IMG/VR virus record: IMGVR_UViG_3300028887_000113
Strand: one strand, 5' to 3'
Source: an uncultured virus (IMG/VR IMGVR_UViG_3300028887_000113)
Lineage: Duplodnaviria > Heunggongvirae > Uroviricota > Caudoviricetes
DNA: 64,000 bases
The translations under genes were made by a program, and so were the position numbers. Shown here piece by piece: positions 21,090-30,682 of this stretch (position 1 is its first letter; each line of letters begins with the position of its first letter). Under the pieces are notes generated by a model. It was given only the letters and a program-made list of their open reading frames with translations. It did not search any database and had not been told where the DNA came from.

Positions 21090-22781
21090 TTATTTACAGT
21101 TTATCACAAACATGTACTTTTCATCAACTAATGCACCATAATTAAATCGAAAACTATCATATATTGATGTATATTGTAATGCAAGTGCTTTGCTATATGT
21201 AATGAACACGTAATTATCCGCATGACATTCTGCCATAACATCGTCTACATCAACCGAATGAACCGTTAGATCACATATTACACACGTAGATGACATAGCG
21301 CCCAATTGAGTCTCGGTTACTTCGGATATTGATGGTAATTCATGTATACGAGAAATAGCTTTATTTTCAGCTAAGACAATACTATCGCATTTATAACTAA
21401 TATATGCACGTCCGCATGCATTTGCAGCCAATAATAATGCTGCGTTGATAGGTGCATATTCAATAATATGTTCTACATGAGGTAAAAAATACTTAATAAT
21501 AAACAGATACATTCCAGTAGATATGAGCCTAGGCATAGGAATCACTGACGATACAAGTAACCCCATAATCGGTTGTGCCGAGCTACATGGACTATTATAT
21601 AAAGACTGTTCGTATACGCATTTATGCCTTAACTCATCATTACGCCACATATCCACTAATGAAGCATTGTTTATTCTAGGCTGTGTATAGATGCTAGTAT
21701 TATACATATATACCGAACTCATACCATATTGAGCATTTTTATACGTATGCTTATTGTTATATAGTTTGCACAACTGTGCATAATCATAATGAATCCTATG
21801 TTCATCATATACTGGATAGGGAAACTCTTTCGAGGTTATATCATATTGATATTTCATCCAAGCATCAAATGATAACCGTAATACAAACTGTAACAAGTCA
21901 TATATTTCATTTAATTTACAGCTATCGCCACAAATCAACTTGACATTGGTATTCTTAAGCATGGCAAAGCGACCACAATCAATCTTTAAGCATTTCCAAT
22001 CGGATTGGTACCCATGATGAAATTCACCATCAATTTCAATAACGGTATCTAATATGCCATTGTTGAATACAGCAAAATCCCACATTTTTCGCTGGAATGC
22101 GTAATTATATTGAAACTGGAGACCATTTTTCGTAAGTAAATCAGCAAAAGCATGCTCCGCCTTTGAAAAATATCCATCCGAATCTTTTTTATACTTATAT
22201 GGCGTCAGTGCACCTGGAATTTGAGCATAGTATTCATATCCATAATGTTTCAACATGGTCTGCCTACTACGCTCTCGTAGTACATGACTATAAGATGGAT
22301 GAATAACACCATAATTCCTAAATAACGTATTTTGAAATTTTTCTTGTACACTCGCCGATTTCATCACATTGTCAACACCATAAAGCGAGAGGCATGTTTG
22401 CTTACTTTTCTGTCGAAATTCATCTGTCTGCATATAGTATTCTACACCAAACTTGTCTAAACAGTGCTGCCGATTTTTATTCTGTGTATACTCCGATGCG
22501 CACACATATTCATTTCCATACTTTTCCAAACAAGTCTTCTTGATACGTTCAATGTGTTCCGGATTCAGCAAGTTAGTCTTATATCCAAATTTATCAATGC
22601 AAACTTGTTCAATCTTCTGACGAATTTCCGGTACTTGTGATACGTATTCTTTGCCATACTTGTCTTTGATTCGTTGCTTGGCAAGCTGTTGCATACTATC
22701 AAGCTTGAATACATTGTCGACACCATATTTTTCAACGATAGCATCGACTACTTTTTTCTCATTAGTTCCCTTGAGAGTTAG
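21090..22781 (-). pseudogene. 3' part of a split homing-endonuclease-like gene: KYG repeats, DUF559-like PD-(D/E)XK nuclease, degenerate methyltransferase-like domain
   Basis: The frame stays open upstream of 22694 to 22781 (LTLKGTNEKKVVDAIVEKYGVDNVF). Contains K(Y/F)G repeats and SKAE...WDF...IEIDGEFHH. Confidence 0.7.
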
Positions 22782-24331
22782 TCAACGTATAGGTAAATAT
22801 ACTCATTGACTTTTTGACGTGTCCGGGACTCTTAGCTCCGAACCATCCATCTTGAATAAGCCATTAGGCAACCAGAAGAAGCCCTCTGTCTTAGCCAGTC
22901 TGGAGAACTCATTTGAGTGAGGTATAGCGGGTAGGTCTATCGCATGGTTCTTAGCCGCATTGATATCGGCATCCATCACGAGTCCGCATATAGGACATAT
23001 ATAGAGCTTTCCCTTCCTCGCCTTTTTGAGTACGTGTCCGCATCCGGAGCAGCGTTGAGAACGGTAGGCATTCGACTGCAGATTTATTCGGACACCGAAC
23101 TCCTCTGCAACTTGTGCCAACCTAGTCACTATCTCCGGATTAGACCAATGTTTCATCTTTCTGGACGTATTCCGCCCATAGTTAATGTTAGTTATTTTTT
23201 CAAGGCCGATTTCCTTGATATTGCTGAAATCAAGCCTCTTGACTGCATAGTTGATATAATTCTTTCGTTCAGTTTGCGCTCGACCGAAGGCTTTTGACCC
23301 TTTCTGTTTCCTAGCGAGCTTGTCTGTTATCGTATCTAGGTTAACTTTAATGACTCGGTCTGGTTCATTCTTCTTGGGTGCCTTTACGAGCATATCGGTA
23401 GTAGTCTGTCCATCAGACAAGGACACGCAAGTTAGTAGTCCTTGATCAGCGCCTACCTTGATTCCGTCAGTCTTGATATGCACATCCTTCTCCCATCGTA
23501 ACTGGACGCCGTATTCATCTATCAAGTATCCGTTGCATCGCGTCCAAGTACCGTCGGTATATTTAGACAAGTGTTTCTGTTGGCATACTGGTACACTGAA
23601 TATGGGCAGTCCAGTTGACTTGATGCGAAGGAACCCATAGAACTCTCCATTCGGCGTAGGACTGAATTCAGCGCACTTGCTGGAGATTTCTATCCCAGCA
23701 TCGGACAAGTCTGGTCTGGACGGCTTTTTAGACTCGATGGTTTCCCACAAATGTTCGAGATATCGCCCTTTCCCAGCTTCCTTGTCAAATACATCTAGTC
23801 TAGCCGCATTCTTGCTACAGATAGCACGCAGCTGTCCGCTTAACTGTGTAACTAGTGAACTCAACATTCTAGCAGACAGCCATGTATCTACCTTAAAACG
23901 GTTATAATCAAGATATTTAGGAAGTTCATACTTGTACTTATCTGGATTGAATTCATGTATGCCGTCGTCTTCTAGCCAAGTATATCCGTTTGACCAGATA
24001 TCATCACAGAAAAGCTGCATTACTCGACGCCATTCTGCAAGAAGCATAGATATTGCCTCTTTTTTGCCAGTATTGGCAAATTTTAGCGTATGTCTAGTCG
24101 AACGTACTATCATATACAAGTAATGCCCAGTTGACGCAATATTGTGGCTGTCTGCATCAACTGGGCATACGAAACCCATTCATAGAACTACAAGACAGCC
24201 ACGAATTGCTTGTTCTAACCAAAGTTTATATGTTTTCATTTTTATAGAAAATTACATCATTTCTATATGAATGTCGTTCTAGACCATTCTTTGACATAGA
24301 TAAGTATATTTTGCTATATTTTTAGTATTAT
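22782..24331 (-). mobile_element. tnpB-only insertion (1555 bp including one CTAAC copy)
   Basis: Bounded by GTTAG at 22777-22781 and 24332-24336. Removal fuses the flanking reading frames in phase. Confidence 0.75.
22803..24113 (-). CDS. tnpB: TnpB/Cas12f-like RuvC nuclease (distinct clade from 8541-9701)
   Basis: VGADQG, IGLEKI, SQRCSGCG...CPICG, DADINAA. The likely start is MIVRSTRHTLKFAN (24113); 24179 is an alternative. Confidence 0.9.
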   Translation of the reverse strand: MIVRSTRHTLKFANTGKKEAISMLLAEWRRVMQLFCDDIWSNGYTWLEDDGIHEFNPDKYKYELPKYLDYNRFKVDTWLSARMLSSLVTQLSGQLRAICSKNAARLDVFDKEAGKGRYLEHLWETIESKKPSRPDLSDAGIEISSKCAEFSPTPNGEFYGFLRIKSTGLPIFSVPVCQQKHLSKYTDGTWTRCNGYLIDEYGVQLRWEKDVHIKTDGIKVGADQGLLTCVSLSDGQTTTDMLVKAPKKNEPDRVIKVNLDTITDKLARKQKGSKAFGRAQTERKNYINYAVKRLDFSNIKEIGLEKITNINYGRNTSRKMKHWSNPEIVTRLAQVAEEFGVRINLQSNAYRSQRCSGCGHVLKKARKGKLYICPICGLVMDADINAAKNHAIDLPAIPHSNEFSRLAKTEGFFWLPNGLFKMDGSELRVPDTSKSQ

Positions 24332-24642
24332 GTTAGAAGACTGCATTTATTGCCATACTTTACCATATTGGTGGCTTCCTAGTGTTTCTGTATACAAGTC
24401 TTGTCGGCACAGGTTTCCTTATATCGACCGTGTGAAAAATTGCGCTCGTTGTCACAGTAAGGACACTTATGCGCGTATGGTTCAACATACTTATCGACAT
24501 ATTCCTTCATCGTACACTGGTTGCTATGGTACTTAGCGACATGTTTGCCGAGAGCATTGAAGGTTTTAAGTGGAAATCCGCAGATAGCGCATACTTGAGC
24601 TTCATCTGGTTTCTTGTGTTGAAATTTGGTTCCTTTCTTCAT
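24332..24642 (-). pseudogene. 5' part of the split endonuclease gene (zinc fingers plus first KYG repeat), with an internal TAG
   Basis: CAIC..H...H..YVDKY..CPYC..C...C as in the intact paralogues. After TAG (24379-24381) the frame continues EATNMVKYGNKCSLL. Confidence 0.7.
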
Positions 24643-24726
24643 GGTCGGTTACCCTAGTACAGAGATTGAGTTTTTGCGATAGAAAATGATCGAGCAACAA
24701 CTCGACCATTAGTTAAATTACATCAT

Positions 24727-25224
24727 TTAAGCGGTAAACTGTGTATACTTATAAATGATAGTCGTCATTGCCTCATCGAAGTCAGCGAAAGCGTTCTTGA
24801 CGCCTTCGGGGAACTTCGGATTCTTGGCACATGCCTGATTCATGTGAGAATCAATCTTCTTGAGCAATGTAAGGGTATCCTTGTCCTTCAAGCCGCGACC
24901 GGTGCTGACCGTTGGGAACTCCTTGTCGCACGGCTTTCCGGTCAATGCGATATAGGTCTCAGCGAGCTTGTCACCAGTATCGCGGCACAGCTCGTAAGCC
25001 TCGTTGAGGAGTTCATGCTTTAGATTAGTGTCAGTATTCCAGTGCAGCTGGTTAAGCACATTGCTTTCGACCAATAGCCATACGGCCAAGTCCTTCAACG
25101 TGTCGTAACCGTCGCCTAGACCATCGGCGGCTTCCATACGGGGCATGAAAGCTGCGGCAACCAGCCCAGCCTTCGATCCGCATACATCAGCAATAGATTC
25201 AAGGAATAGTTGTTGAAACGCCAT
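24727..25224 (-). CDS. Ferritin/Dps-like protein
   Basis: LHWNT...HELLNEAYE...DKLAETY pattern; late promoter at 25254. Confidence 0.7.
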   Translation of the reverse strand: MAFQQLFLESIADVCGSKAGLVAAAFMPRMEAADGLGDGYDTLKDLAVWLLVESNVLNQLHWNTDTNLKHELLNEAYELCRDTGDKLAETYIALTGKPCDKEFPTVSTGRGLKDKDTLTLLKKIDSHMNQACAKNPKFPEGVKNAFADFDEAMTTIIYKYTQFTA

Positions 25225-25420
25225 TATCTGCCTTCAAACTTTCATCTGTAGGCAGTTTATCGGTTTCTACCGGATGTTCTTCGCTCCATTTGGCAGCATA
25301 CTTGACAATCCAGTCGATTCGGGCAGCTTCGCCCAAGTCGTGGCCAGCCTTTTCGGACTCGATCCACTTATGTTTCTCGATCTCTTCGATTTGCAATAAG
25401 TTCCGTTCTCGCAAGTCCAT
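25199..25420 (-). CDS. Small DUF4032-like protein
   Basis: EIEKHKWIESEKAGHDLG...IDW..KY motif. Confidence 0.65.
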   Translation of the reverse strand: MDLRERNLLQIEEIEKHKWIESEKAGHDLGEAARIDWIVKYAAKWSEEHPVETDKLPTDESLKADNGVSTTIP

Positions 25421-25457
25421 AGTGCCCCCTTCTCTTAATATAGCTTATCGCAACGAG

Positions 25458-25489
25458 AAAAGGTCGACTTGGGCTACAAGTCGACTTTT
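25458..25489. terminator. Intrinsic terminator-like hairpin
   Basis: AAAAG-GTCGACTTG-GGCTA-CAAGTCGAC-TTTT. Confidence 0.6.
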
Positions 25490-25514
25490 ATTTACAATCA
25501 AGGTAAATAATGGT

Positions 25515-26051
25515 TTAATCTTCCTCCGGTTTCTCGGTAGGATCGGTCTGGACTTCCTCGGTCACAGCCTTCTTCTTGCGAGTCTTCTTCGGAGTGGTCG
25601 GAATCACGATGGATTCGCCAGCTTCTTCACCCACGGAAATCCCGTTGGCAAGAGGAACTTCCTCTTTAGCCACCGGGGCCGTAGGTTTAGTTTCGACAGT
25701 AGCGTTAACCGTCGACTGTCCGAAAATCTGTGAAGAAAAGTCCATAGTTTCGAGTTCCTTGAGGAACTGCTGATATTCGTCACGGTACTTTGCGATAATT
25801 TCCTCGTTAGTACCAATATCGATCTTGGGTTTAGATTCGGCAAGCTTGTTGCGGATGCCGGACAGCACCAGTTCATCCTCGCGGCCACTCTTGGTGGCGA
25901 CGGTCTTACCGCCGACTTGTTCCACTACTGGAGCGACCTTCGCTGTAGTAGCGCCAGGGATTTTAATTGATGCCTTGACTTTCGCCTTGGAGGTGGTCGG
26001 TTTCTGTTGTACGGCGGAAGCAACCTTCAGCCTAGCAATTAGAGTGCTCAT
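25515..26051 (-). CDS. Hypothetical low-complexity protein
   Basis: ORF starting MSTLIARL, K/E/T-rich. Confidence 0.6.
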   Translation of the reverse strand: MSTLIARLKVASAVQQKPTTSKAKVKASIKIPGATTAKVAPVVEQVGGKTVATKSGREDELVLSGIRNKLAESKPKIDIGTNEEIIAKYRDEYQQFLKELETMDFSSQIFGQSTVNATVETKPTAPVAKEEVPLANGISVGEEAGESIVIPTTPKKTRKKKAVTEEVQTDPTEKPEED

Positions 26052-26373
26052 CTTCTCGTTTCCTTTGGAAATACACATCGTATGGATGCGTGTTGTTAGT
26101 TTCGTTTATCATATTGAATGTCTTAATGTTGTCGTCTCTGTGCATATACTCATCGCACTGCTCGGCACGAACCATGTCCATGGCCTTCGACAACGTAGGC
26201 ATTCCTTCAACCTTCACCGGAGTATCGTCGTACTCACGGTCTTCAAAAAACTGTTTGATCCGATCCAGCTTGGGTACTGACATGTTCGCCCTAGGCATAC
26301 CAGGAAGCTGTTGGTTCTCTGACATTCGGCAGTCAGCTTCCTTTTTCTTCAACAATGCGGCAAAATCCAGCAT
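26032..26373 (-). CDS. Hypothetical protein
   Basis: 113-aa ORF coupled to the gp15 stop. Confidence 0.6.
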   Translation of the reverse strand: MLDFAALLKKKEADCRMSENQQLPGMPRANMSVPKLDRIKQFFEDREYDDTPVKVEGMPTLSKAMDMVRAEQCDEYMHRDDNIKTFNMINETNNTHPYDVYFQRKREDEHSNC

Positions 26374-27980
26374 CAGACTTCCTTCGTTTCCAGTGCGATC
26401 ATCGTGTCCGAGAAATTTGTACGGACACCGAATGCGCCGTTTTGCCCTTCGTTGTACAGAACGAAGTAGATCGAATATATGGTCTTGTCATCAAATTCCG
26501 TCTTGGCGCTGATAAACCGATGATATTGTGACGAAGTGTGATAGGTAAAATAAAGTCTCTGGTCCTGCATGCCCCAGTCGAACCATACAGTCTCGGCCGG
26601 TATCACGGTTCCGTCAGACAGCGTGACGTCATCTGGATTGAACAAGTACTGGAATACCGTATCAACCGACGGATTCTTGAACTGCAGTGTCGCCTTGAAC
26701 GTATACGACGACTCGATTTTACCTTCCTTGTTGTCGCCGAACCAGTTCAATATCTGTGACCAGTCAGTATTATTCGACACATATCCATCCGGTGCATAGC
26801 TACCGTTACCGGGGGCCATGTCAGGCACAAATTCTCTGGCATCTGGGTTCACTGCGACAAAATCACGGTTCAATCCGCTGAAATCATGTTCAAAATCGGT
26901 ATCCTCGTCGAAATTCAAGTGAATGAGGTCAAACGACGGCACTTCCGGCGGACGGTTTACATCGCCGACAACAATATCCTCCCAGTCATAAATCGGAATA
27001 GGATCGCCATCCTTGTCCTTGATCAAGTTACCTTCGTCGTCCCTTTTGTATCCTTTCAGAATAGGATTGTAGCCGGATACGATATTTCCTACCTTGTTAC
27101 GTTTCGTGATATCGTCATCGGTATGGTATGTCAAGTCATAACTCTTCAGTGTCTCGTCTTTCCAGTATTCCTCACCATCCTCGTCATTCTTACGAACAAG
27201 TGTTCTCGTAAACGTCTTCAGCAAAGACCATCCTTCACGGATAGAAGGCTCCACTGTTTCCCATAGATGCTTCTTCTGCTGAGCAATCTCGTCCGGATAG
27301 ACGAATACTTGGAGAGAATCAATAAGTTCGTTATTGACATTGAAATTCATCTGGGCATACTTGATAATGGCCGGAAGCTCGTACTTACGGTGATAGACGC
27401 CATGCGCCTCGATCGTATACGTAGTCTTGTAGTACTGGTATTCCTTGCTGTCAGAATTCTTTTCGTCCTCTATGGAATCAGACCAAGTCACCGAGAACGG
27501 AATCTGCCGTTCGATTTCTGGCGCAAAGTCGAATTCCTTGATGCGTACGGCACGGTACATGTTGAAGTACGCCTCGATATTTTCCTTGAGCTGGAAATAG
27601 TCGGAGAGGTCGTTAGACAGAACCGTCATCTCGAACTTGAACACTTGCGGCACCGGCTGGATATCTCTGATGAATCTGTTAAGCGTCGTAGACAAGATCT
27701 CACGTGCGTAGCACGGCTGAACCATGTTCGCCTGGTCATGATTGTTCCCGGTAAAACGGAAACCGATGATAGGCACCGGCATGGGCTCTTGGCTAGTCTG
27801 CGTAGACGCAACCAAGTTTGCAAAGTTCAAACTACTGTGAGTAACGATAGGCACTGCCACCGTACGGTCAGACTCCTTGCGAGACATATCCTTGTATTTC
27901 TTTACACGCAAGTTATTGAACACGTCCATCAACGCGATCATTATCTTCTCAATTTCTCTAACGTAGTAGTACGGTGTCAT
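26373..27980 (-). CDS. gp15: Tail sheath stabiliser/terminator gp15-like with C-terminal extension
   Basis: YYYVREIEKIMIALMDVFNNL..VAVPI, QPVPQVFKFEMTV, DYFQLKENI; late promoter at 28003. Confidence 0.75.
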   Translation of the reverse strand: MTPYYYVREIEKIMIALMDVFNNLRVKKYKDMSRKESDRTVAVPIVTHSSLNFANLVASTQTSQEPMPVPIIGFRFTGNNHDQANMVQPCYAREILSTTLNRFIRDIQPVPQVFKFEMTVLSNDLSDYFQLKENIEAYFNMYRAVRIKEFDFAPEIERQIPFSVTWSDSIEDEKNSDSKEYQYYKTTYTIEAHGVYHRKYELPAIIKYAQMNFNVNNELIDSLQVFVYPDEIAQQKKHLWETVEPSIREGWSLLKTFTRTLVRKNDEDGEEYWKDETLKSYDLTYHTDDDITKRNKVGNIVSGYNPILKGYKRDDEGNLIKDKDGDPIPIYDWEDIVVGDVNRPPEVPSFDLIHLNFDEDTDFEHDFSGLNRDFVAVNPDAREFVPDMAPGNGSYAPDGYVSNNTDWSQILNWFGDNKEGKIESSYTFKATLQFKNPSVDTVFQYLFNPDDVTLSDGTVIPAETVWFDWGMQDQRLYFTYHTSSQYHRFISAKTEFDDKTIYSIYFVLYNEGQNGAFGVRTNFSDTMIALETKEV

Positions 27981-28002
27981 GTCATGCCTTTCTTACGGTA
28001 TC

Positions 28003-28040
28003 AGTTTATCAGTTCGGACTGAACCAAAAAATGATAAACT
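28003..28040. promoter_or_regulatory. Divergent late promoters
   Basis: AGTTTATCAGTT at 28003 (minus) and GATAAACT ending at 28040 (plus). Confidence 0.7.
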
Positions 28041-28065
28041 ACAGTCATACAACTAGGAGTTATCC

Positions 28066-28386
28066 ATGCGTCAAGCAAACGAATCAGAAAAGTACTTCAT
28101 CTACAAGACACGCCAGTTGATGACAGATACCAACAAGGCGAAGCTGGAAGGCGTTATCAAGGCGTTCGGCTTGATCCATGACGTCGACACGAACCTCACC
28201 GAAAGCGACACAGCAAAGTTCGAATCGATCGAGACTCTGGAACAGATGCGTGGTGATACAGAACCGAAGGTGTTCCTCGAATCTCTCGTCGGCGACGTGA
28301 TCCGTTCAGCCGGGACAGAAGGATTCGCCAAGGCACGCAAGAGCCTCAACTACTACCGAAACTGGCTCAACGCACAATCCGTTTAA
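28066..28386 (+). CDS. Hypothetical late protein, possible internal head protein
   Basis: RBS AGGAG, late promoter, and TES/FES/LES motifs. Confidence 0.65.
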   Translation: MRQANESEKYFIYKTRQLMTDTNKAKLEGVIKAFGLIHDVDTNLTESDTAKFESIETLEQMRGDTEPKVFLESLVGDVIRSAGTEGFAKARKSLNYYRNWLNAQSV

Positions 28387-28403
28387 TCAATTATCTACAA
28401 AAG

Positions 28404-28431
28404 AAAAATGCCGTCCGTCGACGGCATTTTT
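28404..28431. terminator. Bidirectional intrinsic terminator
   Basis: AAAAATGCCGTC-CGTC-GACGGCATTTTT between convergent genes. Confidence 0.8.
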
Positions 28432-28458
28432 TATGGTTCCTCCTTTTTGATTGTTCAA

Positions 28459-28893
28459 CTACTGAATCTGAAGCTGCTTGACTTCAGGTTCAACCTTCGG
28501 CTTCGGTTCGATCGTCACGGTCAGCAAGCCATCGGCATACGTCAGCGTGGCGTTGTCGATATCCTTTTCGCTTGCCAACTCGGTGCGGAATTGGGTCTCG
28601 GTCTTTCCGATCTTTCGCTTGGCTTCAAGCAGCAAAGTGTACTCGCCGGAGACGGTGACCTTGATGTCTTCCTTTTTCACACCAGGCAGTTCCACATAGA
28701 ACGTATCGGCCTTCTCGTCACGTTCAGCACGAATGTTCGGAGTACGATACTTGCTCGTACCACCTTCCAGCGTCTTCATCATGGACTGAATTTCGTTACC
28801 GAGATTGCAGAAACCATTAGCGACATTGGATTCACCGAAGTCGAACGGATCGACACCTAAGAAGTTAAACACAGCGGGAAATCTCATATTCAT
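28459..28893 (-). CDS. Small heat-shock protein (Hsp20)
   Basis: VELPGVKKEDIKV and ATLTYADGLLTVTI alpha-crystallin motifs, C-terminal LQI. Confidence 0.9.
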   Translation of the reverse strand: MNMRFPAVFNFLGVDPFDFGESNVANGFCNLGNEIQSMMKTLEGGTSKYRTPNIRAERDEKADTFYVELPGVKKEDIKVTVSGEYTLLLEAKRKIGKTETQFRTELASEKDIDNATLTYADGLLTVTIEPKPKVEPEVKQLQIQ

Positions 28894-29016
28894 TTTACAA
28901 CTCCTTTGTAGTTATTAAATTATTTCCTTTACCCATACATAAGCAAAAAGCGTGCCAAAACAGAAGGAGGCCGCCTCACGGCGACCTCCAAGGTAGGGCA
29001 AAAGGAAGAAAAATCC

Positions 29017-29496
29017 CTACCTAAGCTTGATCTGGTCTTGATAGTCCTTCTGCTTGATCGGCTCGTCGCCCCAAGCGGAAGCGGTAGAACAAATAGAATA
29101 GCGGACATTCTTGAGCAAGTCGACCACTTCATCCTTAGTAAGAACCTTCTTGTCCTCGGCGGCCTTGCGGTCTTCCTCGGCACCCTTTCCGTTAGGATTC
29201 TTGGTAATATCGTACTCCATACGGCGATAGTTCTTCTGTCCACGGCCCGGAGTATTGTTTACCATGTCGTCTTCAAGGAACTTGTCTTGCAATTCGGCCA
29301 ACTTATCCTCTGTATGCCAGTACATCTGCTCGGCAGCACGCTGCACGAACTTCTCGGCCTTGCCGGACTTGATGTCCATGACACCAGGGATGAGGCTCTG
29401 GGTCTGTACGTAAATATCGTGTCTCCAGTCTGGATGGGTATCAAAATTCGTTCCGTACATACCCAATACGTTTCCACTGTTAATCTTCTGAGCCAT
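29017..29496 (-). CDS. Hypothetical late protein
   Basis: 159-aa ORF with a late promoter at 29522. Confidence 0.65.
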   Translation of the reverse strand: MAQKINSGNVLGMYGTNFDTHPDWRHDIYVQTQSLIPGVMDIKSGKAEKFVQRAAEQMYWHTEDKLAELQDKFLEDDMVNNTPGRGQKNYRRMEYDITKNPNGKGAEEDRKAAEDKKVLTKDEVVDLLKNVRYSICSTASAWGDEPIKQKDYQDQIKLR

Positions 29497-29602
29497 AGTT
29501 TTCGTCCTTGACTTTGCAGATAGTTTATCACAATGTTACACGTTTTGTTTCAATATGGTATAATTTTCATATCAAAATAAACTACAAGAAAAGGAGCTTC
29601 CT

Positions 29603-29848
29603 ATGTTCAAGAATCTTTTTGCCGCTATCATCCTCTGTGCAGTGTTCGCCACCGCTTCCGACATGAACGTGGTTCTCTGCAAGGAAAAGAACTATGACTG
29701 CCAGATTATCCAGTTGCACGATGTCAAGAAGGTAGAAAAGATAACCAGCGGCGAAGTACTGCGTGTCACGTTCTCCTACGGTGGCATACTAGACATCAAG
29801 ATTCTGGGCAAGACATTCGAAATCAAGAAAAATAAAAATAAACGATAA
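29603..29848 (+). CDS. Small secreted protein
   Basis: RBS AAGGAG and signal peptide MFKNLFAAIILCAVFATA. Confidence 0.65.
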   Translation: MFKNLFAAIILCAVFATASDMNVVLCKEKNYDCQIIQLHDVKKVEKITSGEVLRVTFSYGGILDIKILGKTFEIKKNKNKR

Positions 29849-29853
29849 TAATT

Positions 29854-29882
29854 AAAAAGACCACCGATTCCGGTGGCCTTTT
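29854..29882. terminator. Bidirectional terminator
   Basis: AAAAAGACCACCG-ATTC-CGGTGGCCTTTT between convergent genes. Confidence 0.7.
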
Positions 29883-29900
29883 CTGCTACTATGAAGAAAC

Positions 29901-30647
29901 CTATTTCTTTTCCTCGGCGGTCTTCTTCTTGCGTACGGCAAGGATGCGTTTTGCTTCCTTGCAAGCAGCTTCCTCGCTGACACCTTCCTCGTCAACCAGT
30001 TTCTTAGCCAGTTCGATGACCTTGTCGTCCATGTACGGATCGACCTTTTCAAGGACATCGACCGCATCGGACAAGTTGCCGTGATCCATCGCCAAGTGGG
30101 CATTGATCTCGTCCTTCTGACGCGTTTCCTCACGTTCGATCACACCAGCATACTCGTCAATATTGACGCACGTATGGAGAATGTTCTCGTTCAAAGAGGT
30201 GAACTTGATGTACTTTGACTTCTTCTTGAGGTCGGTTACTTGCTGCATGAATGCACGAGACACGATCTGCCCCAAGTAGTAGTAAGGATCCTTGTTCTTG
30301 GAATTCTCCGCCATCTTGTTCGGGTCGAACGAATGGCAGTACTTCAGTGCGCAGAACTGGGCACGAGCGTACATTTCTTCCTTCCAAGAATCCGTGTACT
30401 TGCGCCATGACATCATGCCAGCGGTCTTCTTGATGACGACCTGGATAGCAGTGGCGAGGTCATCCGATACCGGATAACCCTTGCCGTACATTTCCACGTC
30501 TTTTTTGTGTTCGAGGAGAAGTCTGGTCAGATAATCCTTATCAATCTTGTCGTACTTCATCGAGGCGACCGTCTGACGGCCTTTATCGTCAAAGACTGCA
30601 GGGTTTGCCGGACGCTTCTTCGGACCGTTAATGTTCTTGTTGTTCAT
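29901..30647 (-). CDS. gp55: Late transcription sigma factor gp55-like
   Basis: WRKYTDSWKEEM...LKYCHSFDPNK...DPYYYLGQIVSRAF matches the gp55 pattern F..Y...EEM..A...LKY..NFDP.K..NPFAY.TQI...AF. Confidence 0.85.
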   Translation of the reverse strand: MNNKNINGPKKRPANPAVFDDKGRQTVASMKYDKIDKDYLTRLLLEHKKDVEMYGKGYPVSDDLATAIQVVIKKTAGMMSWRKYTDSWKEEMYARAQFCALKYCHSFDPNKMAENSKNKDPYYYLGQIVSRAFMQQVTDLKKKSKYIKFTSLNENILHTCVNIDEYAGVIEREETRQKDEINAHLAMDHGNLSDAVDVLEKVDPYMDDKVIELAKKLVDEEGVSEEAACKEAKRILAVRKKKTAEEKK

Positions 30648-30682
30648 TATAACCCAAATGTTTCATTGATTGTTAAATTAGT

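Noticed and set aside
22782..24331. CRISPR-Cas12f locus or group I IStron
   Set aside because: No repeat-spacer array is nearby, the noncoding parts are short and show no recognisable group I core, and the host gene also carries a stop. Only RT-PCR could fully exclude splicing.
24379..24381. In-frame TAG suggesting stop-codon recoding (code 15)
   Set aside because: Many genes end cleanly in TAG with the next gene a few bases later (e.g. 3246, 14649), and multi-kb ORFs are unbroken. A nonsense mutation in an already disrupted gene is simpler.
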